A stretch of 20,000 bases of DNA from an uncultured virus (IMG/VR IMGVR_UViG_2912927692_000003) (IMGVR_UViG_2912927692_000003); one strand, 5' to 3'. Positions 1 to 9,470 are shown, counted from the first letter of the stretch. The notes: generated by a model from the letters alone, not told the origin. Made by a program: numbers and translations.

Positions 1-1
1 C

Positions 2-3000
2 CGCCGCCGCCCGAGTGAGCACGCGCCGGAGAAGGGCCTGTACTGGGAAAAGACCGGCACCAATGAATGGACCGGGCGCGGTGCGTGGTTCCAGAAGGGC
101 AAGACCCGCACCGACGCGGACATGGCGCAGTTCGGCGGCACGCTGGTGATGCCGTCCGAGCAGGCCGCGCAGAAGGCCCCGAGCATCGAAGGCAAGGACA
201 TCGGCGAAGGCTGGGCGGAGTTCAGCAAGGAATCGGGCACCGCGGGTATCCCTCGCGCCGACATGCCGCAGATCAAGGCCGAGCACCGCGGCGCGATGGT
301 GAACTTCCTGAGCGCTCGTGGCGTGCAGCATCAGGAAGAGACAGTTCCCGCAGATACCCTCAAACCGACGCAGGCGGAGTTCAGCCGGGATAAGGTGGCG
401 AAGGCCAAGGGCTTCGAAGGTGGCAACCGCTCCATTCTGGTGTCGCGTGACGGCCATGTGCTGGACGGCCATCACCAGTGGATGGCGGCCCGCGACAACG
501 GCGAAGAGGTGAAGGTGATCCGCCTGGATGCCCCCATCCGCGACCTGGTGAAACTGGCCCACGAATTTCCCAGTTCCACCACCGATGCCAGCAGCGGGCA
601 GGGCGCCACGGTTGAAGCGAAGCAGGTGAGGCCCAAGCCTGAGCCAGCAGCTCCTGATGTGCCTAAGAAGAAGCCGCGCGGCGTGCTGGCAAAGAGGTTA
701 CAGGCCGAGGCCCAGGCCCGCGCCGAATACTTCACCCCCGGCAACGTGGTGCGAGGTTACGGCGCCAACTACGACAGGGTTATCAGCTACAACCCGACCG
801 AATCGGGAAGCTGGACCGTCACGGTGCGCAGTGTACGCAAGGAAGGCGACACTTGGGTGGATGTCCCGGGCGAGAGCGAGCGCACTCACATGACGGCGCC
901 GGATGCGCGCGACATGAAGCGCGGCCCGGCCGGCCGTATCGCAACACAGGGGGCGCCAACCGCCGATGAGTTCCCCTTGAAGGAAGCCGCAGCCAGCTAC
1001 TCCGGTATCTCGAACAGCAGCAGCCAGCGAGCGAAGTCCGATGCGGATGAGTTCCAGACCTACATCGACGTGGCCCGCGACGCGGGCGCTGTCGTGGCAC
1101 GCACCGATGCTCAGCAGGCGGCCGTGGAGCAAGCCACACGAGAATTGCGGGCCGATTACCTGGCCCAGTACCGGCGCCTGATGAACGTGCGCGCCGGCAC
1201 CTACAGCGGCTATGTTGTCGGGCGTTCTGGACTGAACAGCAAGCAGGCGGACAGGCGCAACAGCGCCTACGACCGCGCCATCGACACATTCGTGGCCTGG
1301 CAGAAGTCCAATCAGGATCGCGTGCGCCAGGCGGCACTGGACGCCCGTACCGACGAGGAAAAGGCGGCAGATCGCCAGGCCGCCGAGCAGGCCCGTGCCG
1401 ACAAGGCGCAGCGCAAGGAAGACGGGGACCGCAGCCTGATGCGCAGGATTCTGTCCTGGAAGAAGGGCAGCGAGCCGGTGGCGATCACCAAGACCGCGCA
1501 CCTTGCCGGGGTGAACTTCGGCAAGGATGGCTACCCGACCAGCATTAAGTTGACGCCGACCGATGGCAGCGTGCTGACGAGCGACAAGTTCGACCTAGCG
1601 ACGCTGTTCCGTGAGCGCGGCATGAGCGTGCCGGAGTCGAAACGCCGCGTGCGTGAACTGGTCGATTTCGTGCGTGCCGAGGATGCAGCCCGGCCCCAGT
1701 CCGAACCGGCAGAGGCACCCAAGCCCGATCCCGCGCAGCCCAGCGTTTCGAAAACCCCGACGCTCGATGAGCATGTAGCCCTCATGCAGCGCGCGCGCAG
1801 TGGGGAGGCGACCGCCGACGAGTTCCGCCAGGCATTCGAGCGTACGCAGAACGCCCGCGACGCCCTGGTGGCCGAGCTGGGCACTATGAAGAAGGATGAA
1901 CTGCTGAAGTCAGGCGGCTACAGCTTCTTCCACCGCTACCGCAACGAGAAGAAGGCAGCGATTGTCGATGCCCTGGTCGGTCGCGTGTTGGAGGAATTTG
2001 CGCTGGGCCGCAGCTACGGCCCGAGCAGCTACGTGATGTCGGCTGCTGGCCTCGAAGCGCACCGCCAGGCCAAGGCCAGCGCGCTGGCCGAGCTGGTGGC
2101 GAACACCACCGACGACGACATCAAGGCGCACGCCGCCGAGGTCGCCGAGGCGCAGCAGGAAATCCAGGCCCGCCGGGCAGCGCAGCAGAAGGCTGTCGCC
2201 AACCCGCAGACCCTCGCCGAGTTCCGCCAGGCAGTGAGCTACAACATGGAGACGCACGGGGAGTCCCTGCGGGAGGCGTTCATGCGCCTGACGCCGGAAC
2301 AGCGTATTCGCTACGACGAACTGGAGGCTGAGAGCACCAAGGCCCTGCGTGAGCAGGCCAAGGCACAGGCCAAGACCCGCGTAGCCAGCGCCGGGCAGAC
2401 TACGGCCGGCGACATCATCGAGACGAAGCACACCAAGCACGGGCATGACCTGTTCGTGGTCCAACTGGCCGAGCGCGTCAGCCGTGAGGACTACGACACC
2501 CTGAACAATTCGGCGAAGCGGCTGGGCGGCAGCTACAGCAGTTATCGTGGGAATGGCGCCGTCCCCGGCTTCCAGTTCCGCACCCGCGAGGCGGCCGAAG
2601 CATTCCGTAAGCTGGTGACAGGCGACACCGCCGACGCGCAGGCCGTTGCAGAAGCGCGCCGCGACGCCTTCGAGGATGACCGCAGTCAGGGCGCCGCCGA
2701 GCGACTGCGCACCATGGCTCAGGCCCTCAACGAGCGGGCCGATGAAGCGCTGAATCGCGAGCGCAAGCAGAACACCGAGCGCCGTGCGCGGATGGCCGCC
2801 CGCGCTGAGGCCTCTGCGCGGTCCGACAAGGCACTGGCCGCCACCATGAACAACCTGGCCGATGCCATCGAGGGCGGCAAGGCCAAGTTCCTGGACACCG
2901 TGCGGCAGAAAGTGCAAGTGGAGTTCCTGGCGCGGGAACTGCGCAATGCGAAGGACGCGCAGATTCGTGCGAAGTACCCGACTTACGGCGAGCAGGAGAA

Positions 3001-6000
3001 ACACCGCGGCGAGCCGGTGGACGCCGAGACGGTGGACTACTCCACCTTCCCCAGCTACACCGCCATGCGCTCCGACCTAGCGAGCCTGGCGCGCCAGATG
3101 GCGGATGTGGACGGCCTGAAGAAATTGGCCGCGCGCCTGGAGAAGGTCGCCGACGATGTGACCGAGGCCTACACGGACTGGGCCAAGCAGAATCTTCTGT
3201 CCGTCAGCCGCTTCACCCGCGGTGACCAGTTCGCCGACTTCAAGAGTCGCGAGGATGCCGAGCGTGCCATTCGCCGCTCCGGCCTCACCGGCAAGGCCAT
3301 CGTGCTTCCGGTGAAACGCGGGCAGAACCGCATCGTCATGGCCCCCAGCGAAGCCATGAAGCTGGGCCTCTGGCAGGGCGACGGCGACAAGCGCATAACG
3401 CTGTCCGGCGAGTTCGGCGGCGAACTGGTGCAGGCCCTCGGCCGGCGCAGTGGCAGCAAGATCACCGTTCCGTGGGCGCTGGAGAGCGCGCACGAAAAGC
3501 GCAAGCGCCTGGAGAGCATGGGCATCCTCACCGGCAGCGAGTACCGCTCTGCACTGCGCGAGTTCGTAGCGCTGCGCGAGGCGCCCGCCGAGCCCGACAA
3601 GATCAGGGAAATGGAACGGTCCATGATCGGCCGTCGAAATGACGGACTGGACTTCTTCCCGACTTCGGCCGCCGTCACCGAGGAAGCCGTCGACGCCGCC
3701 GACATCCAGGAAGGCATGGACGTGCTGGAGCCTTCCGCCGGCATGGGCCATATGGCCGACGCGATCCGCGAGCAGACCGGCGTAGAGCCCGATGTGGTGG
3801 AGCTTTCCAGCGAACGCCGCGAGTTGCTGGAGGCCAAGGGCTACAACCTGGTCGGCTCCGACTTCATGGAGGTGTCCGGCAAGCAGTACGACCGTATCGT
3901 GATGAACCCGCCGTTCTCCAAGGGGCGCGACATCCAGCACGTACAGCACGCCTACAGCCTGCTGAAGCCCGGCGGCCGCCTGGTTGCCATCATGGGCGAA
4001 GGCGCCTTCTTCCAGAGCAACAAGGCCGCCGAGAACTTCCGGGCCTGGCTGGACGGCCTGGGTGCCACCAGTGAACGGCTGCCGGAAGGTTCGTTTATGG
4101 ACCCGGCGCTACCCGTCAATACCGGCGTGAACGCGCGCATGGTGGTGATTGACAAGCCGGCAGCCGAAGAGTCGGCAGCGCCGCAGCCCGGCGAACAACC
4201 GCCCGTGCAGTACTCGTTCGCCGGCCGCAATGCCGTCGGCGCCAACCTGCATGCCCTGAGCACCGCACAGCAGCGCATCGCCATTGGCGAAAACGCCGAG
4301 GCCGTTCGCCGAGATACCGGTTGGCACCGTAGCGCTGATGGCAAGTGGCGCTTCGAAATCAGCGATCATCAGGCCAGCATCGCCGTGGCCGGTGAGACTG
4401 CTGGCGCCATCATCAATATGGCCCACCTCAATGCCATCAACGACGAGCGCAGTCGACCGACCGTCGGCGATGTGCTCAACCATCCTCAACTGTTCGCTGC
4501 ATATCCTGACCTGCAGCGTATCCCGGTGGCAGTGATGCCAGAGGGCATCACTGCGCTGGCTCGCCTACGTCGGTTCGCCACGGGTAACCAAGTTGAGGTT
4601 CAGGCGAACATGCCGCGCACCGAGGTTGCCTCGGCGATCCTGCACGAACTCCAGCATGCGATACAGATCCGGGAAGGTTTCGCCATGGGTGGCTCGGCCA
4701 GGGCTTTCGTCAGCAACTTCGACAAGACTGGTGCGGCGACCTATCGTCGTTTGGCTGGAGAGGTTGAGGCGCGCAACACGCAGGCTCGGCTGAAAATGAC
4801 GCCGCGCCTGCGCCGGGACATCGCACTCGATGAGTCGGCGGACATCCCTGCAAGTCAGGTGCTGGTGTCGTTCAATGGCCGCGACATCGAGAATGGCCCG
4901 TTGCCGCAGAACCTGACGGGGCGTCCGCCGATGACCTCGCAAAGCCTGGTTCGTGCTTTCGACCTGCAGTTCCCAGCCCTGGGCCAGGCTGTGCGCAAGA
5001 TGCTGAAGCGCGGCAAGGAAGGACAACGGGGCGGCTTGGTGGTGATCGACAGCGCCGACCCGTTGCGCATCGCGCACACCTACGCGCGGAAATCCGGTAC
5101 CGCACTGAGCGATGCCGTTCAACTGTTTGAGGATGGCGGGCGCATCAATGGCTTCTACGATGCCAGATCAGGTCTAACTTTTCTGGTCGGCCCGAACCTG
5201 AATCCGGTAACCGCACCGGCCGTGGTGCTTCACGAAATGGTTCACGGCCAGCAGCGGCAGAATCTCGACCAGGCTGCCCACGCCATGCTGATGAATCGCG
5301 GCAACGTGCGGAGCGCCGAACTGCGCACCTTCCTGGACCGTGTGGCCAGCCGCATGATCGAGGCCGGCGAGAGCCGCAACATGAAGGAGGCCGCTCCGTA
5401 TATCGTGGAGCAGGCTGTTATTGAAGGGCGAGAGCAGGGGTTCGCCGAGGCTGATAGCCGGTTCCTGTCCTGGGTAGACAGTGCGCTGGGCAAGCAGGTG
5501 GGTGACTTCCTGCGTAGGTTCCTGGCCAACATCCGTCAGTGGATGCTGCGCCACGGTCTGCCGGTTGGCCGTATCAGCGTGGACGATCTGGTGCGATATG
5601 CGATGGCTGGCGTGGAAAGCGCCGCCGAAGGCCGGGTACGGGGCGACGGCCTAGCCATGAGCCAGGACGACATGCGAAAGGCGCGCGTGCTGCAAGGCCC
5701 GCCGGTGGCCATCCTGGAGGGAAATGAAGCACCACAGGGCTTCGCTGCGGTTCGCGAGTGGGCGGCGAAGCTATTCGAGTCTCAAGGTGGCAAGGCAGTG
5801 AACCCGGACCTGGGCGACGTGGTGCTGGATATGCGCGCTGTGCGCGACTCGATGGCGCATGGCAAGGCCAACCCATACAAGTTCTCGGCGTTCGCGGCCG
5901 TCAAGGACGTGCTGGAGCGAGGTGTGGTGGTTCACCGCGCGGACTATGAGAAGGGGGAGAGTTTCTACGTGTCGGCGCCGGTGGTGATCGACGATAAGGA

Positions 6001-9000
6001 TGACATCGTGACTGTGTTGGTGCGCCGCGATCCGAACATGCAGCGCATGTATCTGCATTCGGTGGCCACAAAAGAATATCTCCTGAACCGTCGAGTATCC
6101 GGTGCTGATGCCATGATGGCAGCGCAGCCTTCCGGCTCGTCCAGTTCAGGAGACGTAGCCAGTGTACTCCAGCGGCTGCTGACCGCAAGCCTGAATGAAC
6201 CCGAAGGTCCGCAGTTCAGTCGCTCCGGTCTGCGCGAACTCACCAGCAAGGCTACCGCCGAACTGAACAAGACCTTCAGCGCTCCGGGAGGCCTGTCCTG
6301 GTGGCACAAGACCATCGGCACCATGTACAACCTCGCAGAGCGTTCCCCGGCATTCAAGCCGGTCTTCGAGTCGGCGCAAGGATTTATCGATGACGTGAGC
6401 TATTACGCCAGCGATGCGGCTGATCTGGCGCCGAAACTGCTGCCGAAGCTGGAAACCTGGCGCGACATTGCAAAGTCCCCGGTGGGCGCTGAGGACAACA
6501 AGGCGGTGGCCAAGCCGGTATTCGAGGGCACGCTGATGTGGGCGCGCGACGTGGACGGCAAGCCGGTGCGCGTCGATTCGCTGGCTGAGCGCGCCATGCG
6601 TCTGACGGCCGACGAGAAGGCGGACATCCTGCTGAAGCAGGGCAAGATTCCCGAGGGACTGCTGCGCGCCTGGCGCGGCCTGAGCCCCGAGCAGTTCGCC
6701 AAGATGATCGACAGCCGCTACGAGGCGCAGATGCTCAAGGCAGGCATCGTCTGGACCGACGCTGAGCTGCGCGACATATGGAAGCTCAACGATGCTCAGG
6801 TCGCGCTGTACCGCGAGTTCCGCGCCGCCACCGACCGTAGCCTGGACACCATGGCCCGCGCCGACATGCTGCGCTTCGGCGGCGAGGATGTGAAGGAACT
6901 GCGCGACCAGGTGATGGACGCGGCCGATGCGCAGGAGGGGGCCGCGATACTGCGCGACCACCTGGCGCAGATGGCTGATGCATGGCCGGAACGCGCCACG
7001 AACCTGCTGAACCTGGCACACGGCATGACGGATCGCGCCGAGAAGGTCGCCCAGTTGCAGGGCGAGGGCTATGCACCGCTGTCGCGCTTCGGCAAGTACA
7101 CAGTGGACGTGGTGGGTCAGGACGGTCAGCGTGAATACTTCAGCCTGTTCGAGACGAAGCGCGAGGCCAACCAAATGGCTGAGCAGATGCGTGGCGCGTT
7201 TCCTGGCGCCACCGTGAGCCAGGGCACCCTGTCCGAGGAAGCGTACAAGCTATTCGCCGGCATCACACCGGAAACGCTGGAACTGTTCGGCAACGCCCTC
7301 GGTTTCGACTCACAGGGCGATAGCGCACGTGATCAGGCTTTCCAAGACTACCTGCGCCTGACAAAGACCAACCGCAGCGCAATGCGCCGGCTTATTCACC
7401 GAAAGGGCATCGCTGGTTATAGCGAGGACGTAGGGCGGGTACTGGCCTCGTTCGTATACTCCAATGCGCGGCAAACCGCCGCCGGTCTGCACATGGGCGA
7501 CCTTTCCGAGGCTGTGAACGGCATCCCGCAGGCGCAGGGCGAACTGAAGGACGCCGCGGTACGGCTGGCCGACTACATCAAGAACCCGCAAGAGGAGGGG
7601 CAGGCGGTGCGCGGACTGCTGTTTGCGCAGTACCTCGGCGGGTCCGTCGCGTCAGCCTTCGTCAACATGACCCAGCCGGTCCAAGTGACTTTTCCCTGGC
7701 TGAGTCAGTATTGCGGGGTGAAGCGCGCTGCGGCGGAACTGGGGCGGGCAGCACGACAGATGGCGCAGCGCTCCTATCAGTTCGAACCGGACCTGGCCCG
7801 GGCACTAAAGCGCGCAGAGGATGATGGGGTGGTGTCCCCGCAGGAGGTCCACCAGTTGATGGCGCAGGCCCGCGGCAGCGGCTCGCTGCGCGCCGGGGAC
7901 GGGACGCGCTTGGGTGATGCTCGAGCACTTGCGTCCAACAGCGTGGCGCGCCTGTCGATGGCCTGGGGCAAGTTGTTCGGCGCCGCAGAGCAGATCAACC
8001 GCCGCATGACCTACATCGCGTCGTATCGCATCGCCAAAGCGCAGAACATGGCCAATCCTGACGAGTTCGCACGCCGGGCCGTGCGCGAGACGCAGTTCGT
8101 ATACTCCAAGGCCAGCAAAATGCGCTGGGGGCGTGGTGCCGTCGGCGGCACCTTGATGACCTTCAAGACGTACAGCGTGGCCTATCTTGAGCTGATGCAT
8201 CGCTTGTGGAATCAGGGTGAGCCTGGTTCGCAGGAGCGCAAGGACGGTCGGAAGGCTGCTGCCCTGATGATCGGTATGCTGCTGCTCGTCGGGGGCGCCG
8301 GTGGCTTGCCGTTCGCCGAAGACGCCGAAGACCTGATCGACGGTGCGGCGCAACTCATGGGCTACAACTTTTCTACCGCGAAGGCCAAACAGGAGTTTCT
8401 TGAAAGTCTGTTCGGTCGGGTGCTTGCCGACTTCATTGATCGCGGGGTGTCCGGGCTGCCTGGGGCTCCGCTCGATGTATCGGGCCGGCTGGGTATGGGG
8501 AACCTGATACCCGGAACCGGTCTGCTAACTGAAAAGACCAGCCATACGCGAGACGTCCTGGAAATAGCTGGCCCGATGGGAGACTTTGCCAGCCGAATAG
8601 CGAGTGGTACTCGCAAGGTGCTGGGAGGTGATATCGGCAGCGGTATCCTGGAGATGTCGCCGGGCGCGGTGCGAAATGCGGCCAAAGGCGTGGATATGAT
8701 GGCCACTGGCATGTACAGGGACGCCAAGGGCTACAAGGTGCTCGACACCAACGTGCTCGAGGCCGCTATGAAGTCCATCGGCTTCCAGCCGGCCAGCGTA
8801 GCCACTATCCAAGGGGCCAACATGCTCAACCAGAAAGCAAAGGCCTTCTACAACTTGAAAGCCCAGGAAATTCGCAGTATGTGGGCGGCCGGCATCTTCG
8901 AGAAAGACCAGGGCAAGGTTGAGCGCGCGCGGCAAGCAATAGCCGATTGGAATCGGCGCAACCCTGACCAGCCAATGGCCATCCGAGTGCCAGACATCAT

Positions 9001-9118
9001 GCGACGAGTCCGCGAAATGTCGCTATCGAAGGACGAACGGATAGCGAAGACCGCACCGAAAGCGATGCGGCAGCAGATGCGAGAGGATCTGGAGCGCACC
9101 CGCGCAACGCTGGACTGA
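2..9118 (+). CDS. Giant phage polyvalent protein, probably an internal virion/ejection protein (5'-partial; the true start lies upstream of the window)
   Basis: The frame is open from base 2 (RRRPSEHAPEKGLYWEKTG...) through the listed ATG at 122 to TGA at 9118. Motifs: ParB/Srx-like VLDGHHQW (~460-480); MTase DFFPT, VLEPSAGMG (EPSAGMG at 3728) and NPPF (3905); LPD23-like TGWHRSADGKWRFEISD with HELQH (4643); second zincin HEMVH (5231); BECR/LPD3-like region ~5700-6100; YAPLSRFGKY (7070). Confidence 0.92.
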   Translation, partial: RRRPSEHAPEKGLYWEKTGTNEWTGRGAWFQKGKTRTDADMAQFGGTLVMPSEQAAQKAPSIEGKDIGEGWAEFSKESGTAGIPRADMPQIKAEHRGAMVNFLSARGVQHQEETVPADTLKPTQAEFSRDKVAKAKGFEGGNRSILVSRDGHVLDGHHQWMAARDNGEEVKVIRLDAPIRDLVKLAHEFPSSTTDASSGQGATVEAKQVRPKPEPAAPDVPKKKPRGVLAKRLQAEAQARAEYFTPGNVVRGYGANYDRVISYNPTESGSWTVTVRSVRKEGDTWVDVPGESERTHMTAPDARDMKRGPAGRIATQGAPTADEFPLKEAAASYSGISNSSSQRAKSDADEFQTYIDVARDAGAVVARTDAQQAAVEQATRELRADYLAQYRRLMNVRAGTYSGYVVGRSGLNSKQADRRNSAYDRAIDTFVAWQKSNQDRVRQAALDARTDEEKAADRQAAEQARADKAQRKEDGDRSLMRRILSWKKGSEPVAITKTAHLAGVNFGKDGYPTSIKLTPTDGSVLTSDKFDLATLFRERGMSVPESKRRVRELVDFVRAEDAARPQSEPAEAPKPDPAQPSVSKTPTLDEHVALMQRARSGEATADEFRQAFERTQNARDALVAELGTMKKDELLKSGGYSFFHRYRNEKKAAIVDALVGRVLEEFALGRSYGPSSYVMSAAGLEAHRQAKASALAELVANTTDDDIKAHAAEVAEAQQEIQARRAAQQKAVANPQTLAEFRQAVSYNMETHGESLREAFMRLTPEQRIRYDELEAESTKALREQAKAQAKTRVASAGQTTAGDIIETKHTKHGHDLFVVQLAERVSREDYDTLNNSAKRLGGSYSSYRGNGAVPGFQFRTREAAEAFRKLVTGDTADAQAVAEARRDAFEDDRSQGAAERLRTMAQALNERADEALNRERKQNTERRARMAARAEASARSDKALAATMNNLADAIEGGKAKFLDTVRQKVQVEFLARELRNAKDAQIRAKYPTYGEQEKHRGEPVDAETVDYSTFPSYTAMRSDLASLARQMADVDGLKKLAARLEKVADDVTEAYTDWAKQNLLSVSRFTRGDQFADFKSREDAERAIRRSGLTGKAIVLPVKRGQNRIVMAPSEAMKLGLWQGDGDKRITLSGEFGGELVQALGRRSGSKITVPWALESAHEKRKRLESMGILTGSEYRSALREFVALREAPAEPDKIREMERSMIGRRNDGLDFFPTSAAVTEEAVDAADIQEGMDVLEPSAGMGHMADAIREQTGVEPDVVELSSERRELLEAKGYNLVGSDFMEVSGKQYDRIVMNPPFSKGRDIQHVQHAYSLLKPGGRLVAIMGEGAFFQSNKAAENFRAWLDGLGATSERLPEGSFMDPALPVNTGVNARMVVIDKPAAEESAAPQPGEQPPVQYSFAGRNAVGANLHALSTAQQRIAIGENAEAVRRDTGWHRSADGKWRFEISDHQASIAVAGETAGAIINMAHLNAINDERSRPTVGDVLNHPQLFAAYPDLQRIPVAVMPEGITALARLRRFATGNQVEVQANMPRTEVASAILHELQHAIQIREGFAMGGSARAFVSNFDKTGAATYRRLAGEVEARNTQARLKMTPRLRRDIALDESADIPASQVLVSFNGRDIENGPLPQNLTGRPPMTSQSLVRAFDLQFPALGQAVRKMLKRGKEGQRGGLVVIDSADPLRIAHTYARKSGTALSDAVQLFEDGGRINGFYDARSGLTFLVGPNLNPVTAPAVVLHEMVHGQQRQNLDQAAHAMLMNRGNVRSAELRTFLDRVASRMIEAGESRNMKEAAPYIVEQAVIEGREQGFAEADSRFLSWVDSALGKQVGDFLRRFLANIRQWMLRHGLPVGRISVDDLVRYAMAGVESAAEGRVRGDGLAMSQDDMRKARVLQGPPVAILEGNEAPQGFAAVREWAAKLFESQGGKAVNPDLGDVVLDMRAVRDSMAHGKANPYKFSAFAAVKDVLERGVVVHRADYEKGESFYVSAPVVIDDKDDIVTVLVRRDPNMQRMYLHSVATKEYLLNRRVSGADAMMAAQPSGSSSSGDVASVLQRLLTASLNEPEGPQFSRSGLRELTSKATAELNKTFSAPGGLSWWHKTIGTMYNLAERSPAFKPVFESAQGFIDDVSYYASDAADLAPKLLPKLETWRDIAKSPVGAEDNKAVAKPVFEGTLMWARDVDGKPVRVDSLAERAMRLTADEKADILLKQGKIPEGLLRAWRGLSPEQFAKMIDSRYEAQMLKAGIVWTDAELRDIWKLNDAQVALYREFRAATDRSLDTMARADMLRFGGEDVKELRDQVMDAADAQEGAAILRDHLAQMADAWPERATNLLNLAHGMTDRAEKVAQLQGEGYAPLSRFGKYTVDVVGQDGQREYFSLFETKREANQMAEQMRGAFPGATVSQGTLSEEAYKLFAGITPETLELFGNALGFDSQGDSARDQAFQDYLRLTKTNRSAMRRLIHRKGIAGYSEDVGRVLASFVYSNARQTAAGLHMGDLSEAVNGIPQAQGELKDAAVRLADYIKNPQEEGQAVRGLLFAQYLGGSVASAFVNMTQPVQVTFPWLSQYCGVKRAAAELGRAARQMAQRSYQFEPDLARALKRAEDDGVVSPQEVHQLMAQARGSGSLRAGDGTRLGDARALASNSVARLSMAWGKLFGAAEQINRRMTYIASYRIAKAQNMANPDEFARRAVRETQFVYSKASKMRWGRGAVGGTLMTFKTYSVAYLELMHRLWNQGEPGSQERKDGRKAAALMIGMLLLVGGAGGLPFAEDAEDLIDGAAQLMGYNFSTAKAKQEFLESLFGRVLADFIDRGVSGLPGAPLDVSGRLGMGNLIPGTGLLTEKTSHTRDVLEIAGPMGDFASRIASGTRKVLGGDIGSGILEMSPGAVRNAAKGVDMMATGMYRDAKGYKVLDTNVLEAAMKSIGFQPASVATIQGANMLNQKAKAFYNLKAQEIRSMWAAGIFEKDQGKVERARQAIADWNRRNPDQPMAIRVPDIMRRVREMSLSKDERIAKTAPKAMRQQMREDLERTRATLD

Positions 9119-9174
9119 ACCCCCTGTAAGGATTTGCCGTTCTCTGGCTGTACCGAAAACTACCTGCCCAAGAA

Positions 9175-9195
9175 GCCGGGGCGTGATGCCCCGGC
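9175..9195 (+). promoter_or_regulatory. GC-rich hairpin upstream of the holin ribosome-binding site (weak terminator or translational control element)
   Basis: GCCGGGGC-gtgat-GCCCCGGC is a perfect 8-bp stem, followed by CTTT and then GGAGG/GGAG SD-like sequences. Confidence 0.5.
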
Positions 9196-9212
9196 CTTTG
9201 GAGGATGGAGTT

Positions 9213-9470
9213 ATGTCGGAGAGGGCCGGAATGGCGGTAGAGGTGGTGGGCGTTTCGGTGGCCAACAAGACCACGCTGGCTGGCGCCCTTGCGGGCGCGT
9301 TGGGCTGGCTGGCGCAGATCAACTGGGTGGGGCTGATCGGCGTGCTGGTCGCCGTCATCGGTCTGCTGGCCAATATCTATTTCCAGGTTCGCCGCGACCG
9401 CCGCGAATCAGCCGAGAGCGCTGCCCGCATCGAGGCCATCCGGGGGCGTTGCGATGTCGAACAGCCGTAA
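9213..9470 (+). CDS. Phage holin (small, two hydrophobic segments, charged C-terminal tail); possible second start at 9231
   Basis: GGAG SD precedes ATG 9213. TTLAGALAGALGWLAQINWVGLIGVLVAVIGLLANIYF is hydrophobic, followed by an RRDRRE tail. It overlaps the endolysin start. Confidence 0.85.
   Translation: MSERAGMAVEVVGVSVANKTTLAGALAGALGWLAQINWVGLIGVLVAVIGLLANIYFQVRRDRRESAESAARIEAIRGRCDVEQP

Noticed and set aside
122..124. ATG 122 as the start of the giant protein
   Set aside because: The frame is open back to base 2 with protein-like sequence and there is no convincing SD, so the gene probably starts upstream of the window.
67..9099. Many alternative-frame and minus-strand ORFs overlapping the giant gene (e.g. 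698..1501, 1910..3004, 3077..3949, 6146..7174)
   Set aside because: Typical shadow ORFs of high-GC coding DNA, with no recognisable motifs or SD sites.
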